Part shown: positions 1-11,344 of the stretch, piece by piece
Layout of the letters: every line of letters begins with the position of its first letter
Numbering within the stretch: the first letter of the stretch is position 1
NCBI GenBank assembly: GCA_000934665.2
Contig: JYFJ02003520.1
Location: 1 to 40,972 of the forward strand
DNA from: Catajapyx aquilonaris
Taxonomy: Eukaryota
DNA length: 40,972 nt
Reading direction: 5' to 3'
Position numbers and translations under genes: made by a program
The notes under the pieces: generated by a model
Databases searched by the model: none
Told to the model about the DNA's origin: nothing
Seen by the model: the letters and a program-made list of their open reading frames with translations, nothing else

Positions 1-270
1 ATAGAATTTTCTGGTGTAACTAGCCAAAGAGGCCTTACCACCTGTGGGCAACAAACCAACAAAGTCCGGCCCCCAGACCTTCCAGAGCCTTCTGACTAGG
101 GGAGGGTTCGATGGGTGGCCTAACCGACAGGATATTTTGTACTACATGTTTTCGGCCAATTATCTCCGTAATGAGGCTGCCCAGACATATGACTCCTATA
201 CTTAAATCGATCCTCTGGTGGCTAGGAAGGCAGTCATATACGTCGGGGCACTGAGTTCAGATACACCCTG
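1..270. mobile_element. End of a Tc1/mariner-type MITE (partial)
   Basis: Ends CACCCTG-TA. Bases 1-105 are the near reverse complement of the internal region of the MITE at 10796-11231. Confidence 0.7.
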
Positions 271-714
271 TATATGTTTAGGCTCAAACCCCGAAAACGG
301 CCATTGCGCGAAAAAACCGTCCATTCTGCAGAATGCTCATTGTCCAACCATCCATTCTGCAGAATGCTCATTGTCCAACCATCCATTCTGCAGAATGGAC
401 GGTTTGACATGGAGCATTCTGCAGAGCATTTCGGGCTCTGGCCGTTTCATTAAACCGTCCATTCTGCAGAATGGATGGTTTAATGAAACGGCCAGAGCCC
501 GAAATGCTCTTTTTAAGGCCAGAACGCTTTCCTGGGCGAAACTTACACGTCAGGACGCCAATTTCGTGTCGGGATGGCTGGTTTAGAAGACGCAGAAGAC
601 GCCCATAACTCGTTGTGGCAGTTTCCTGTTTCCCACTGTGCCATGTAGAAGCTGGAAATAAATCGCCCTATTGTTGTTTGGCAAATGGTTGAAATACTTA
701 ACATTTGATGATGC

Positions 715-1025
715 TGTTTATTTTCCAGGAACTATTACCTCCAAATATTTATTACCATTATTACTAGTAGGCCTACATCATTTCCAAGAACGGTGTTACC
801 TCCAAATATTTGATACCATTATTACTAGTAGGCTACATCATTTCCAAGAACGGTGTTACCTCCAAATATTTGATACCATTATTACTAGTACATCATTTCC
901 AAGAATGGTGTTACCTCCAAATATTTGATACCATTATTACTAGTACATCATTTCCAAGAACTGTGTTAGGCCTACCTCCAAATATTTATAACCATTATTA
1001 CTAGTACATCTTCTTCCAGGAACTC
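715..1025. repeat. Minisatellite, about 5 units of 55-60 bp, inside the Ginger-like element
   Basis: Repeats of CATCATTTCCAAGAACGGTGTTACCTCCAAATATTTGATACCATTATTACTAGTA starting at about 776, 836, 891 and 946. Confidence 0.9.
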
Positions 1026-1032
1026 CTATCCT

Positions 1033-1760
1033 TCAATTATTAGTATATTTGTTTTTGCAGGCAGTGTTCGGATGACACTAATTAGAATTGCACTTAATAT
1101 TGCTTGATCGACATTTACATTTCTTATCAGTGCAGTACTTTTTGCAACTGCAACTTATGAATCCCTGCTTACTACCTGAACTTAGAGCTGAAGCCAATCG
1201 AAGAGATACAGAACTGGCGGAAGGAACTTCGTTCAGATCTATAAAATTGGAATCAGCAGGTGTGAACTCATTGCGAGCATACAGCCTCTCTAAAATGCCT
1301 TCTTTCGTGCCCAATTGGTAGAGCCCAGATTCATTAACGTCGACAACAACCGCTAACACATTCCTAGGAGCCAAACGTCCTCGATCGACTTCAGGTACCC
1401 TAACCACGACGTTTCTCCCTATGTCGACAGGGGAAAGCCTTGAGTTGACAGAGAAATCATTTGCTCAGCTTGTTTTTTCTGATTGAATCTTGCACCTTGA
1501 CGCTTACTTTTTATACTCTCTTTCCTTAAACACAGGTTGCAAGTTATTTTCTGTCCAAACCCCTCATTTTCTTCTGTGCATTTTCCACAGATAATGTGAA
1601 CATATTGATCACATACAAAACACTTGTGAGCACCAGAAGACTCTTTCTCACTAACCGCACAGTACACTGGTTTTTCAGACACTTTCTCAGTTGCTTCACT
1701 TTGACACTCAGTGTTGGCTTCAGCTTCATCTCTTCTGCATTTCTGTATTTCGGGCTCTGG
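1033..1760 (-). pseudogene. C-terminal remnant of a KRBA2/SCAND3-like integrase-type transposase
   Basis: VRVPEVDRGRLAPRNVLAVV...YQLGTKEG...CSC..C....CKC...CNS.CH motif string and an upstream Cys/His finger. Frameshift near 1415, stop at 1078, catalytic core absent. Confidence 0.75.
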
Positions 1761-1929
1761 CCGTTTCATTAAACCGTCCATTCTGCAGAATGGACGGTTT
1801 AAAACAGTTTAAAACATCCATTCTGCAGAATGGATGGTTTGGCACAGATCATTCTGCAGAATGGACGGTTTTTTCGCGCAATGGCCGTTTTCGGGGTTTG
1901 AGCCTAACATATATATAGCAGATATCTTT

Positions 1930-2850
1930 GGTTGTGACATTCTTATGCTACTTTGCCATATATTCAATCACTTGTCATAATGCGGCACCATCTTTTGTAC
2001 GACATATGACTACCACCAGCTCTTGCTACCACATAGAAGGTTATTGCCACCTGGGTACTGAGCCAACCTATCACACACTCTTTCAGCTCTTTGTTGTTCT
2101 CATTGAACTCACTATATACACAATGCTTGTGTTTTATATAATAGCCCAGCTTTCCTGCTTCAATGTCATAAAGAGATGACCATGAAATTTGGGGGGGGGG
2201 NGGGGGGGGAAATCATAAGACACGCCAGAAATTGTGACCCGATGTGCTCCAAAACCACTCTGTTGACTTTTCAACAACAATGTCAGTCGCCACAATCTTT
2301 CCCCCTTGACCTTCCTCTAACATCATGGACATCAATTATTCGTCCTTCTTGAAATTTCCGATACAGCATCAGTGTCACTCATGCACTTTACTCCATACAC
2401 ATGACAAGATCTCCTATATGAATTTCGGCTGCATTGTGTCTTTAGCTTGGAGAAATCTAATTACAGAGCAAACATATAGCATTTGGCGGGAGCGTCGATT
2501 GTATTATAGGGTTAGAAAAGATGGTGCCATCTGCCATGTTATGACAAGTAACTTGCAATTTGGAAGGTGACTGTGGAGGAATAGCAGAAGGTTGACTCTG
2601 ACTTTTGTGAATATTAAAACATTATTGCTGTTTTTATTTCACAGCTTAATTTTAAAATAGCCCTCGTATTTAAGCTCTTGATAATGGCCGGATCAAATAA
2701 CAAATTCAGCTATGCACATATAGAAACTTAAAAAGTTGCATTTTATCAGAATTAGGTTTGACAAAGATAGCTGCTTCTGGCAGCCACCTTCTCATATCAC
2801 TGCACCTAGTACAGGCCCAAGTGTGATGGCTGGGAGAGACAGAGGATGAT
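1930..2850 (+). repeat. Unclassified interspersed repeat, copy A
   Basis: Collinear reverse-complement similarity to 26520-27490 along its whole length. Confidence 0.85.
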
Positions 2851-4132
2851 GCAAGATGGTACAGTAAGGAAAAGCAGGAAGGGGAGGGAGCGGGATGTGG
2901 GAATCCCTGAAGACATATTGTAAGAAATTAGTTGCAAGACTTCTCAACTTCAGGAAAAGCGTAAGTTAATAATAATAACAGAATGACAAAATAATGAAAA
3001 TCAAAAGTTAGTCTTTCCAGAGAAAAAGCTGCTCAGTAATTAGCTGCTTTTCTTTCATTAGGTTTCAGAATTAAGAATTATGCAAATATGAATTAAAGGG
3101 AGTTAGGGAAAGTATTTGCGATATGTATTTAAATACTCAGAAATGTATTGAAATACAGGAGAACCAATGTAGTTATAAATACATCTCTATATACCAAAAA
3201 GTAGATAGCATTCTGATAAATCATTCTGCATTCTGCATCAGCATTCTGATACATCATGATTGTCATTGATTGATAATGTGAAGAAGTGTGAAATAGGAAG
3301 GATATACTCTAACAACCGTGATGTGAAGCAGGTTGTTCACATATTGATGATCATTAGTAATTGACTGGTTTTAATAAAAATTTGGGTGATTGTTGAACCT
3401 TGTAATGAAGATTCCACTCATCCACTGGATTGACTGGTTAGAGGAAGGGTCACCTCTGCTCACCCGTCCGCGGCAATAATAATTGTTACTCGAAAGAACA
3501 TTGCAATTTCCTCTTAAAAATTGTTCTACTGTAGCCTACATAATATGATGTGTGGAATTCTTTGTGACGGTTCCATCTATTTGGTTGATCACAGACATAT
3601 TAATGGCCTAATAAGATGAGTAATGGCGACGTGGGTTGAGCCATTTTCTGTATTGTTAGGAAGCGCCAGAAGAAAATATTATATGCGCCATAATAAAAAC
3701 CTATTTATTCATGGAACTGGTTCTGTCCCTCTGGGCCTTATCTTCCATTTTCGCAGCTCCCTGCATGGGTAGCATGACGTACTGAAAATATGAACACAAT
3801 CAGCATCCAATAACATAATTTAGCAGTTAGGCCTATACTTACCGGTACCATAGACGATATATCGGGCGATATAATTTGAGCTCGTTACTTTTATAATTAT
3901 TACCCTCTATGTGTATAGTTTTAAATGTACTGCGCCAATACATTGTTGTCATTTTTATTCATACAGTAGACTACACCATTGCACTTTACAGTACAATTAA
4001 AGTGTTTATTGGACTTTCCAACCATTAAGGTTCCCAAGCCCTTACACTAAACTACTAAAGTAATACATAAAATCAACTGCAACAATATTTTTTAAAAAAA
4101 TCACTGGTAATCTTTACAGTCCTTTACAGTAC

Positions 4133-4343
4133 CAGTCGGCTAAAGGAGTATGTTACCAGACCCCTATTTTGAAATTAGCCTCCAACAGAGGTGCTGCCTA
4201 GGGGAGTGAGATTTATTGTATCAGGGGGAAGAACAGAGGTGCTGCTTCCCCCTGATACAATAAATCTCACTCCCCTAGGCAGCACCTCTGTTGGAGGCTA
4301 ATTTCAAAATAGGGGTCTAGTAACATACTCCTTTAGCCGACTG
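4133..4343. mobile_element. Foldback MITE (Tc1/mariner type)
   Basis: Near-perfect arms of about 97 bp, CAGTCGGCTAAAGG...CCTTTAGCCGACTG, followed by TA. Confidence 0.85.
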
Positions 4344-4856
4344 TACAGCATATTATAAATCTATAGACCCTTTATTTTACCCCCTCTCTCCAGTGCAGTG
4401 AACTCAAAGAACCACTCATGCAGTCTAGTGGAAGCTTGTTGCATTTTATAAATGGCGGGTGTAAAAAAGGTTTTCCCCTGTTTGTCCAAAACATACGCCC
4501 AGTTTAAAATATCTTCACTTAAAAAGTATCAGGCACAATATATGAAGGGCTCAGGAGTAAACAATGGTAAGAGCATGGGTTTTACATATCCCTTACCATT
4601 ATATTGTTTACTCCCGAGCCCTTCATATATGTATTGGTAGATGGTAACTATTTTAAAGTGGGAGCAACAGGAATCAGTCACTAATTACCTGTGGCAGTCC
4701 TAACCAACAGTTTACCTTTCACATCTGGCTTCAATTACAACTTACAATTAGAGCTAGTTGCATTGATTATGCAGAACAAGTAATTCTACACAAGCAACAT
4801 GATTCAACCACGTGTTCTGGATTTTACTCTTGTCTTGATCACACAACCAGTCCTTA

Positions 4857-5440
4857 AGCCTCTTCCACACTGGCTTATTTTCTTCCATGGAAAAGTACCA
4901 TTATGAGAGGTTGCGAGGAACTGAGGCAATGTGTAGTGTTTCTCCTATTCAATTCATGACGTCACGGACAGACTTGAAAATATATGGCTATTCCTATTTC
5001 TTGGTGCGAGCCTGTGAGAGATGTCCTCTCCCATTGGTTCCTCCCTCCACGCGTGCTCAGTACTGACCCATTGGCCACACTTTCTAAGGGTCAGCTCGCC
5101 GATTTTCTCCACTCTAATGTGGAGTGTACAGTCGGCTAAAGGAGTATGTTACCAGACCCCTATTTTGAAATTAGCCTCCAACAGAGGTTCTGCCTAGGGG
5201 AGTGAGATTTATTGTATCAGGGGGAAGAACAGAGGTGCTGCTTCCCCCTGATACAATAAATCTCACTCCCCTAGGCAGCACCTCTGTTGGAGGCTAATTT
5301 CTAGGTTAGGAGTCTGGTAACATACTCCTTTAACCAACTGTACACAAGGAAAAAATGGAAAAGGGGGGAATATGGGAATAACAGGTCAGTCCTTGGGGGA
5401 TTTTTGCTCTGACAGAAAATAACCCAGTGTGGACCTGGCT
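4857..5440. mobile_element. PIF/Harbinger-type MITE containing a nested foldback MITE
   Basis: TIR AGCC....CCACACTGG.TTATTTTCT / AGAAAATAA.CCAGTGTGG....GGCT with TTA TSD. Confidence 0.7.
5129..5340. mobile_element. Second copy of the 4133 foldback MITE
   Basis: Nearly identical to 4133-4343, TA on both sides. Confidence 0.88.
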
Positions 5441-5681
5441 TTATGGCAATAATACCCTGAGGAACACCCACCGTTCTCAATGCACATAAGGTACTGTGCT
5501 TTGGAAGTTACATGTACTGTGCAATACAAAAACATGGTAGTCTTTGCAAGGGGTTATCACAGGCTGATTTAGAATGGGCTGTAGTATGGGACAAAAGCAA
5601 GACAGCGGGCCAGGACTTCAACATGAAAATGGCTTGACTGTACAATAACACAAGAAAGAAAACCAAATGACATGTACAAGT

Positions 5682-5687
5682 TTTATT
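5682..5687 (-). terminator. Candidate polyadenylation signal of the PRAS40-like gene (3' UTR about 1.5 kb)
   Basis: AATAAA on the minus strand followed by a U/GU-rich tract. The interval 5690-7196 is free of recognisable MITEs, as expected for a UTR. Confidence 0.5.
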
Positions 5688-7196
5688 AAACTTCATTCAA
5701 AACCAAATACATGTTAATGGTAGCTAATTGGCACAAGAATTCTAAAACTGACAATTTTTCTCCCTCCTCACCATTATGTGTGTCCAACATGATTATGGCT
5801 ATTTTGCAGTTAAGAATCCCAAAATCTTGAGCTATGTAACCTACTCAACTTAACAGGCAATCGACCAATAATAATCAGTGATTAGTGAAGCTAAATCCAG
5901 TCTTTATAGTGTAATAATTGTAAGGTTTCGGGCCCCAGAAAAAAGTACATCAGACAACATAAAGCAAACCAGTCATTTATCTAGTCCCTGACCGAACAAC
6001 ATTTCATGTAATAATATAACAAAAAAGGTATTGTCTTTGACTTCAAGTACTCAAGTTGTACTTCACACTCTTTTAACCCGCATGGGGGGAAAATATCCCC
6101 TATTTCCTTCATTTGGTTTGATATGTTACCAACACTATCAGGAATTGCAAGGCAAAAAACAAGAACATTTGAACACTTAAACAAGCTTTCAAATCCACAT
6201 TTCAATGAGAAATATATGGGTTTGGCTAATCTCATGCATAACCTTCCAGGTTGCCATATCATTTGGAAGGCAAAATATTCTTTCAAAGCAACAATTATTT
6301 TGATGTACAACAAACGGGATATTGGCACCAAGTCGAGCCTTTCTCCTGATTCAATTTTTACATGACTCTGCCCTCGTGGTACATTATTATGCTTATCTAC
6401 CTTTAAACAACCCAAAGCCCTCTGATGAATTTTTCATCCACCAACATTTTCAAGAACAAGTTACATCAGTTAAAATTCACAATAGAGGATAAGTGAATTT
6501 AAACTTCATAGTCAGCAATGCAAGGCTATGTTATTCTACATTGAGATGAATCAGATAATGGCATGTGTGCATTTAAAAAAACACACACACATATATTTTT
6601 TTAGATTGGACAAATTCACATTCTGTGGGCAAATGAAAGTTTGAGTCCAACATGTGAGAACTTCACAGAACAATGAAAATTACTCACTTCAGGTAACTAG
6701 GTCATTGTCAGTAATACACCACACCAGAAAGAAAACATACATCTCATGAGGGGGTGCACAGAAAATTTTGAGACTTGACTACTATTTTCATGCTTTGTTT
6801 TTCCGCACATGACTAATTAGGTTTCATAGTAAAAAACGTAGTTTTGCATTGCCAACACAGATTCAGAGGACAACTTCAGATCCAAACCAAATAAAAACAG
6901 GAACATTCATTATCTTCATTCAACATTTTCCACCCACCCAATATTATGCTCACCAAAATGGTCACTATTTACTGAAAATGAGCACCATTTAAGGCCAAAT
7001 CTGGATATTTTACCCTACAAACAAATATTAGTGATACAAGATTCAAATGAACTTGTAAAAAATGCTCCTTATTCAAGCAGGAGCCCAAGAAGACAAAATA
7101 TGGAGTATTATGGATCCAGACTTTGCAAATCCGTTCAGAAATCACGCAATTTCAAATAGGGGCCTGGGAAACAAACACAAAACTCTTTCAAATCCA

Positions 7197-7316
7197 TCAC
7201 TGCTGATGAGTGTTGAAGCGAGGACGGGGCAGGTCACCAAAGAGGTCGCTGTCACCATGAACACTTTGGGCAAGAGCCTTGATGGATTCGGCGATGTCAC
7301 TAGGCTCATGGTGTGT
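7197..7316 (-). CDS. AKT1S1: PRAS40/Lobe-like gene, last coding exon (DIAESIKALA...FGDLPRPRFNTHQQ*)
   Basis: Acceptor CTTTCAG. FGDLPRPRFNT matches the PRAS40 C-terminal Akt site (FGDLPRPRLNT, Thr246). TGA stop. Confidence 0.93.
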   Translation of the reverse strand, partial: THHEPSDIAESIKALAQSVHGDSDLFGDLPRPRFNTHQQ

Positions 7317-7653
7317 CTGAAAGATTGAAAAGTAATAAATGATTACTTTGTGACTGGTAATAATAAGGGTGCATTGCAAAGTGCCTTTGTGCTCTGACAA
7401 CAAGACTCCAGTGCTACTTGACATTATGCAGGGTGGCCATCAAGTTTTTCTCCTTGGTTTTTCAATGTTACATCAGCAATTTCTAAGATATCACTGTGTT
7501 GCTTTCTTTTGCTTCCTTGAACATGATATAATACTGCATCCATTCATTTAGGGCGCTGGGAAAATATGACACTAGCTTCACACTACAGGTAGAGGATATC
7601 ATTCTGAGCTCAAGTCCTCTGGCATTTTGTCTTCAAAATTATGCCTCATGTGC

Positions 7654-7738
7654 TATAGCCTTGCCAATTTTGGGCAAATAGTTCTTCATACCAATTATTG
7701 GTATGAAGAACTATTTGCCCAAAATTGGCAAGGCTATA
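7654..7738. repeat. Perfect 85-bp palindrome (TATAG...CTATA)
   Basis: 42-bp arms around a single central base. Confidence 0.9.
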
Positions 7739-7847
7739 TATAATTATTATGGCACGCCGTGATTTTGTCTACATTTTGCGATGTCCAATAAGTACGCAGA
7801 AATGGGTCACTGTCCCAGTTTGCCACACAATCATGAGTCAGCATGCC

Positions 7848-7848
7848 C

Positions 7849-7910
<62 letters not shown>

Positions 7911-7917
7911 ATAATAA
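7848..7917. repeat. (TAG)n microsatellite ending in (TAA)n
   Basis: Direct reading. Confidence 0.95.
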
Positions 7918-8228
7918 TGTTTGTTGACCTCTGAGGATTACAACCCATACTTGTCCACTCTTAATCATAGCAATACAGTTGACAATTTCTTATCTGGAAT
8001 TCTGAAAACCAAAAAACAACAAAACCCAAACATTTTGTCGTGAAAGTCATGCCATTTGGATCACAGAAACCAGCAATCAAGATCATAAAACCCTCAAGTT
8101 CAGAGAGTGGCCATGACAAATACTCATGGCTATTAATGTATCCTCAATCTAAGGGTAATGTGCCTATACTGCATGTGTATACCAACTGTGCACAGGAGTT
8201 TAACGTTGGGAGATTAACCTTTTACTGG

Positions 8229-8875
8229 TATAGTAGGAATCAGATCATAATAAACTTTTGAAAAAGTGGAAGGGTTGTAAATTGCAACAGTGCAAGGTTT
8301 AGGACCCGACGGGAAAGAGGAGGGTCACTCTCAGATTAGGACGACCGGGTCCTCGCCTCGGGCTTGTACCAGCTGGGGAAGTGATGCTCCGAAAATAAGC
8401 TGATTAATTTTTTATGGGTGACTCTTTTTGCATTTTTGACAGCAAATATGAATTCTAAGGTGTCGAAAACCTATATTTTCATACTTGATTCGTATCAGGC
8501 ATGTCACAAATAGGCCACGTGCATGTAAAGAAAAACTTGATGTGCAGATGAAAGAATTTCATTTCGCAATTGCACCATCTAAGTTATATACTATTTGTGA
8601 CATGCCTGATACGAATCAAGTATGAAAATATAGGTTTTCGACACCTTAGAATTCATATTTGCTGTCAAAAATGCAAAAAGAGGCACCCATAAAAAATTCA
8701 TCAGCTTATTTTCGGAGCCTGACTTCCCCAGCTGGTACAAGCCCGAGGCGAGGACCCGGTCGTCCTAATCTGAGAGTGACCCTCCGCTTTCCCGTCCGGT
8801 TCTAAACCTTGCACTGTTGCAATTTACAACCCTTCCACTTTTTCAAAAGTTTATTATGATCTGATTCCTACTATA
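8229..8875. mobile_element. Large foldback element (TATAG...CTATA)
   Basis: Arms of about 285 bp with few mismatches and a spacer of about 77 bp. Confidence 0.85.
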
Positions 8876-9015
8876 TTTTACCAGGGTACAAGGCATGTAC
8901 AGTACACTACCCTGCATTAACCCTTTGATGGCTACGGACATCATATGACTTATTAACCACATTGCATAAATTCATTGTGCAAAAAAATGACTGTTCAAGG
9001 TAAAAATAATGTTAC

Positions 9016-9152
9016 CCTCTCATCATCACTGTCATATGTAGTATGTCTGGTCTGAGTGTAGGCAGGCACAGAGACTGGTAAGGATCTGGCCAAGTCAGCC
9101 TTTGATTGACGGCTTCTCGGGATGTGGATGCCCTCATCATGGCTTCCGGAAT
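9016..9152 (-). CDS. AKT1S1: PRAS40/Lobe-like gene, coding exon 6 (DSGSHDEGIHIPR...ARSLPVSVP...DDER)
   Basis: Acceptor TTTCAG, donor AGG|GTAAC, phase 1/0. ARSLPVSVP matches the PRAS40 AKSLPVSVP (Ser183) motif. Not in the ORF track; translated by hand. Confidence 0.92.
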
Positions 9153-9462
9153 CTGAAATGGCCAGAAGAGGTATTAATGTTTATCAGTTCTATTATTGCG
9201 GTCAAAATTATACACTGCATTAAGTAAGCCTACAAAATTTCTGAATCCCATCCAAGTTCAATTTGCTGTTTGGTGTTAGCACTGTAACAGTTTACCAAGT
9301 AGATTATGAAGATGAAAAAAATTATTATACCCACTGCTTTGTTTACTGTTACTTGAGTCAATATTGGATGATAACACCAAGCATGCCAATGAACCTGAAT
9401 CAACATCAAACTTCTGCACCCCAGCACCAATACATAGTTATTTTTAATTTGCAGTCCACACC

Positions 9463-9720
9463 GAAGCAGGTTGGTGTAGGGGTTAAGGAGCCCGACTGCT
9501 AATCAGGAGGTCCTGGGTTCGATTCCAGGGGCAGGCGATCCTGACCGTGGTTTTCTGTGGTTTTCCACGGTCCCCCCAGGATAATTCAGGGGTCGCTTCT
9601 GTATAATAGGCCACAGCCGCTTCCTTCCCTATCCTTGGCCCCATCCAATGGTGGTAATCCACCCCCCTAATGGAGCACCGATTCTCCTAATGGGGTATAA
9701 AAAACAAAACAAATAAACAA
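9463..9720 (+). mobile_element. tRNA-derived SINE
   Basis: A-box TGGTGTAGGGG, B-box GGTTCGATTCC, insect-SINE-like core GGTTTTCTGTGGTTTTCC...GGCCACAGCCGCTTCCTTCC, A-rich tail. Confidence 0.8.
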
Positions 9721-9737
9721 ATTAGCAGTCCACACAC

Positions 9738-10057
9738 CATCCGTATCAGGCTCATCTTCTGAAGGGCAGTCCCCCTGACCCTGGTCTGGTTCCATGCCTT
9801 CCATGTCGAACACGGTATGCATATCCAAGGAGTAAGTTGTCCCTGATGCTCCCCCTCCGGTTCCCATTCCGACTCCTCCCTTTCCCCCAGCCATTCCTCC
9901 TACCCCCTTTGGAGGGGTGGCCTTGGCCACTTCAGCTACCTTCCTTCTTGGTCCAGATGAGGTTGACACCTGCCTTGGTGGAATAGCAGCATCCAGTCCG
10001 GATTTGCTGGCCACGATGGACGGGTGCACATTTTGGGACTCAAGGTGAGTCAATATG
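9738..10057 (-). CDS. AKT1S1: PRAS40/Lobe-like gene, coding exon 5 (includes TOS-like VFDMEG)
   Basis: Acceptor TTCTCAG, donor G|GTGTGT, phase 2/1. TOS-like motif FDME followed by an acidic stretch. Confidence 0.88.
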
Positions 10058-10129
10058 CTGAGAATGGGAAAGAAATAACAAGAATGAAATGCACAAGTTA
10101 CACTGTATTTTGGCCACCATGTCTTCACC

Positions 10130-10355
10130 CAGCCCCCTGACACAAATACGATACGGCAGTTTAATACAAAAGGCTCCGGTAGGCAGGGAATTTGGCGCTG
10201 ATGCGCCTCCACAGCCGGCTACTGGGGGGTCGGTTCGGATTGGCCGCCCAGTAGCTGGCTGTGGAGGCTCACCAGCGCCACATTCCCCGCCTAGCGGAGC
10301 CTTTTATATTAAACAACCTTCAACACAGGGCTAGGCTGGATGTGTCAGGGGGCTG
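10130..10355. mobile_element. hAT-type MITE
   Basis: 15-bp TIR CAGCCCCCTGACACA, 8-bp TSD TCTTCACC/CCTTCACC. Confidence 0.8.
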
Positions 10356-10424
10356 CCTTCACCTATGTGCAAAAAAAACTACTCATGTTAGCTGTAGCAC
10401 ATGATGCACATCTGTGCTGTATAT

Positions 10425-11344
10425 CAGTGGTCCACAACCTTTTTATCGCCCCGGACCGGTCAACGTTTGATAATTTTACCTCGGCCCGCTGGGGGCGGTT
10501 ATAGATTGTTTTGATTTAATAATTTAAACATGGCTTCAAGATAAAATACAGTTACACCAAAAAATGAATATAAAGTGATTGAACATGTCACCTCACTAGA
10601 ATGCAATATCAATGAGAACCCTGAGCTTGTTTCTTTGCAACGAGACGGTTCCATCTAGGGGTAATAGGAGACAATGACACCCGAAGTGTGTTGCTTATGT
10701 CCAGTTTATTCCGTTGTTTTGTTGCCCTGACAACAGCGTTGGAAATACCCTGCCAAGGCCAGAAATACCGTACCACGGCCCCAGATCAGACTATACAGGG
10801 TGTTCATGAAAAACACCGACACACCTATATCACCCCCGGCCTAGGGACCAGACGATCACATTATGTAGAGGAGTGATTATTCCTGGGCCGCCTCATTACT
10901 GCGCAAATTGCCTTCAAACAGGTAGTATAAAATATCCTGGAAGTTAGGCCACCCAACGAACCCTTCCCCAGTCAGAAGGGTCTGGAAGGTCTGGGGGCCG
11001 AACTTTGTTGGTTTGTTGCCCACAGGTGGTAAGGCCTCTATGGCTAGTTACACATGTAAATTCTATTTAAAAGTCAGAAGGAGCGATTAGGCAAAAATCG
11101 CTAATCAGCAACGAGTCAATTATCTCAGTAATGAGGCGGTGTAGACATAATCACTCCTCTACATAAAATGACCCTCACGTTACCATTGGCCACTGGTTAT
11201 CAGTCTGTCGGTGTTTTTCATGAACACCCTGATATCGATAAATGTAGAAGAAGAAAAATCATGAAATGGAAATAATTGGGCGGCCCGGTACCATTTGATC
11301 CACGGACCAGTACCGGTCCGCGGCCCGGGGGTTGGGGATCACTG
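10425..11344 (-). mobile_element. hAT Charlie/Buster deletion derivative (Charlie3/MER1/OC1-like)
   Basis: TIR CAGTGGTCCACAACC / GGTTGGGGATCACTG, perfect 8-bp TSD CTGTATAT, minus-strand transposase tail KLDISNTLRVSLSPITPRWNRLVAKKQAQGSH* at about 10609-10725. Confidence 0.88.
10796..11231. mobile_element. Tc1/mariner-type MITE nested in the Charlie-like element
   Basis: TIR CAGGGTGTTCATGAAAAACACCGACA, TA on the left flank. Confidence 0.82.

Larger units (their letters stand above)
275..1909 (-). mobile_element. Ginger2/TDD-like DNA transposon, internally deleted
   Basis: TGT...ACA termini, TIR of about 60 bp (TGTT(T)AGGCTCAAACCCCGAAAACGGCCATTGCGCG), 4-bp TSD TATA, palindromic subterminal repeats CCATTCTGCAGAATGG. 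Confidence 0.8.

Noticed and set aside
320..1025. CRISPR-like repeated palindromes and tandem units
   Set aside because: No unique spacers, eukaryotic context, and they lie inside a TIR transposon.
3100..3900. Splice-like signals and short minus-strand reading frames
   Set aside because: No consistent exon chain or recognisable protein; probably a decayed transposon.
5981..6415. 144-aa minus-strand ORF
   Set aside because: No ATG start or recognisable motif, and it lies in the predicted PRAS40 3' UTR.
7725..7934. Poly-Val ORF (also the poly-Tyr ORF at 35546-35908)
   Set aside because: Translation of microsatellites.
9463..9540. tRNA-like sequences (also at about 16000 and 18800)
   Set aside because: No complete cloverleaf. 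They continue into SINE bodies with tails, and one has a TSD.
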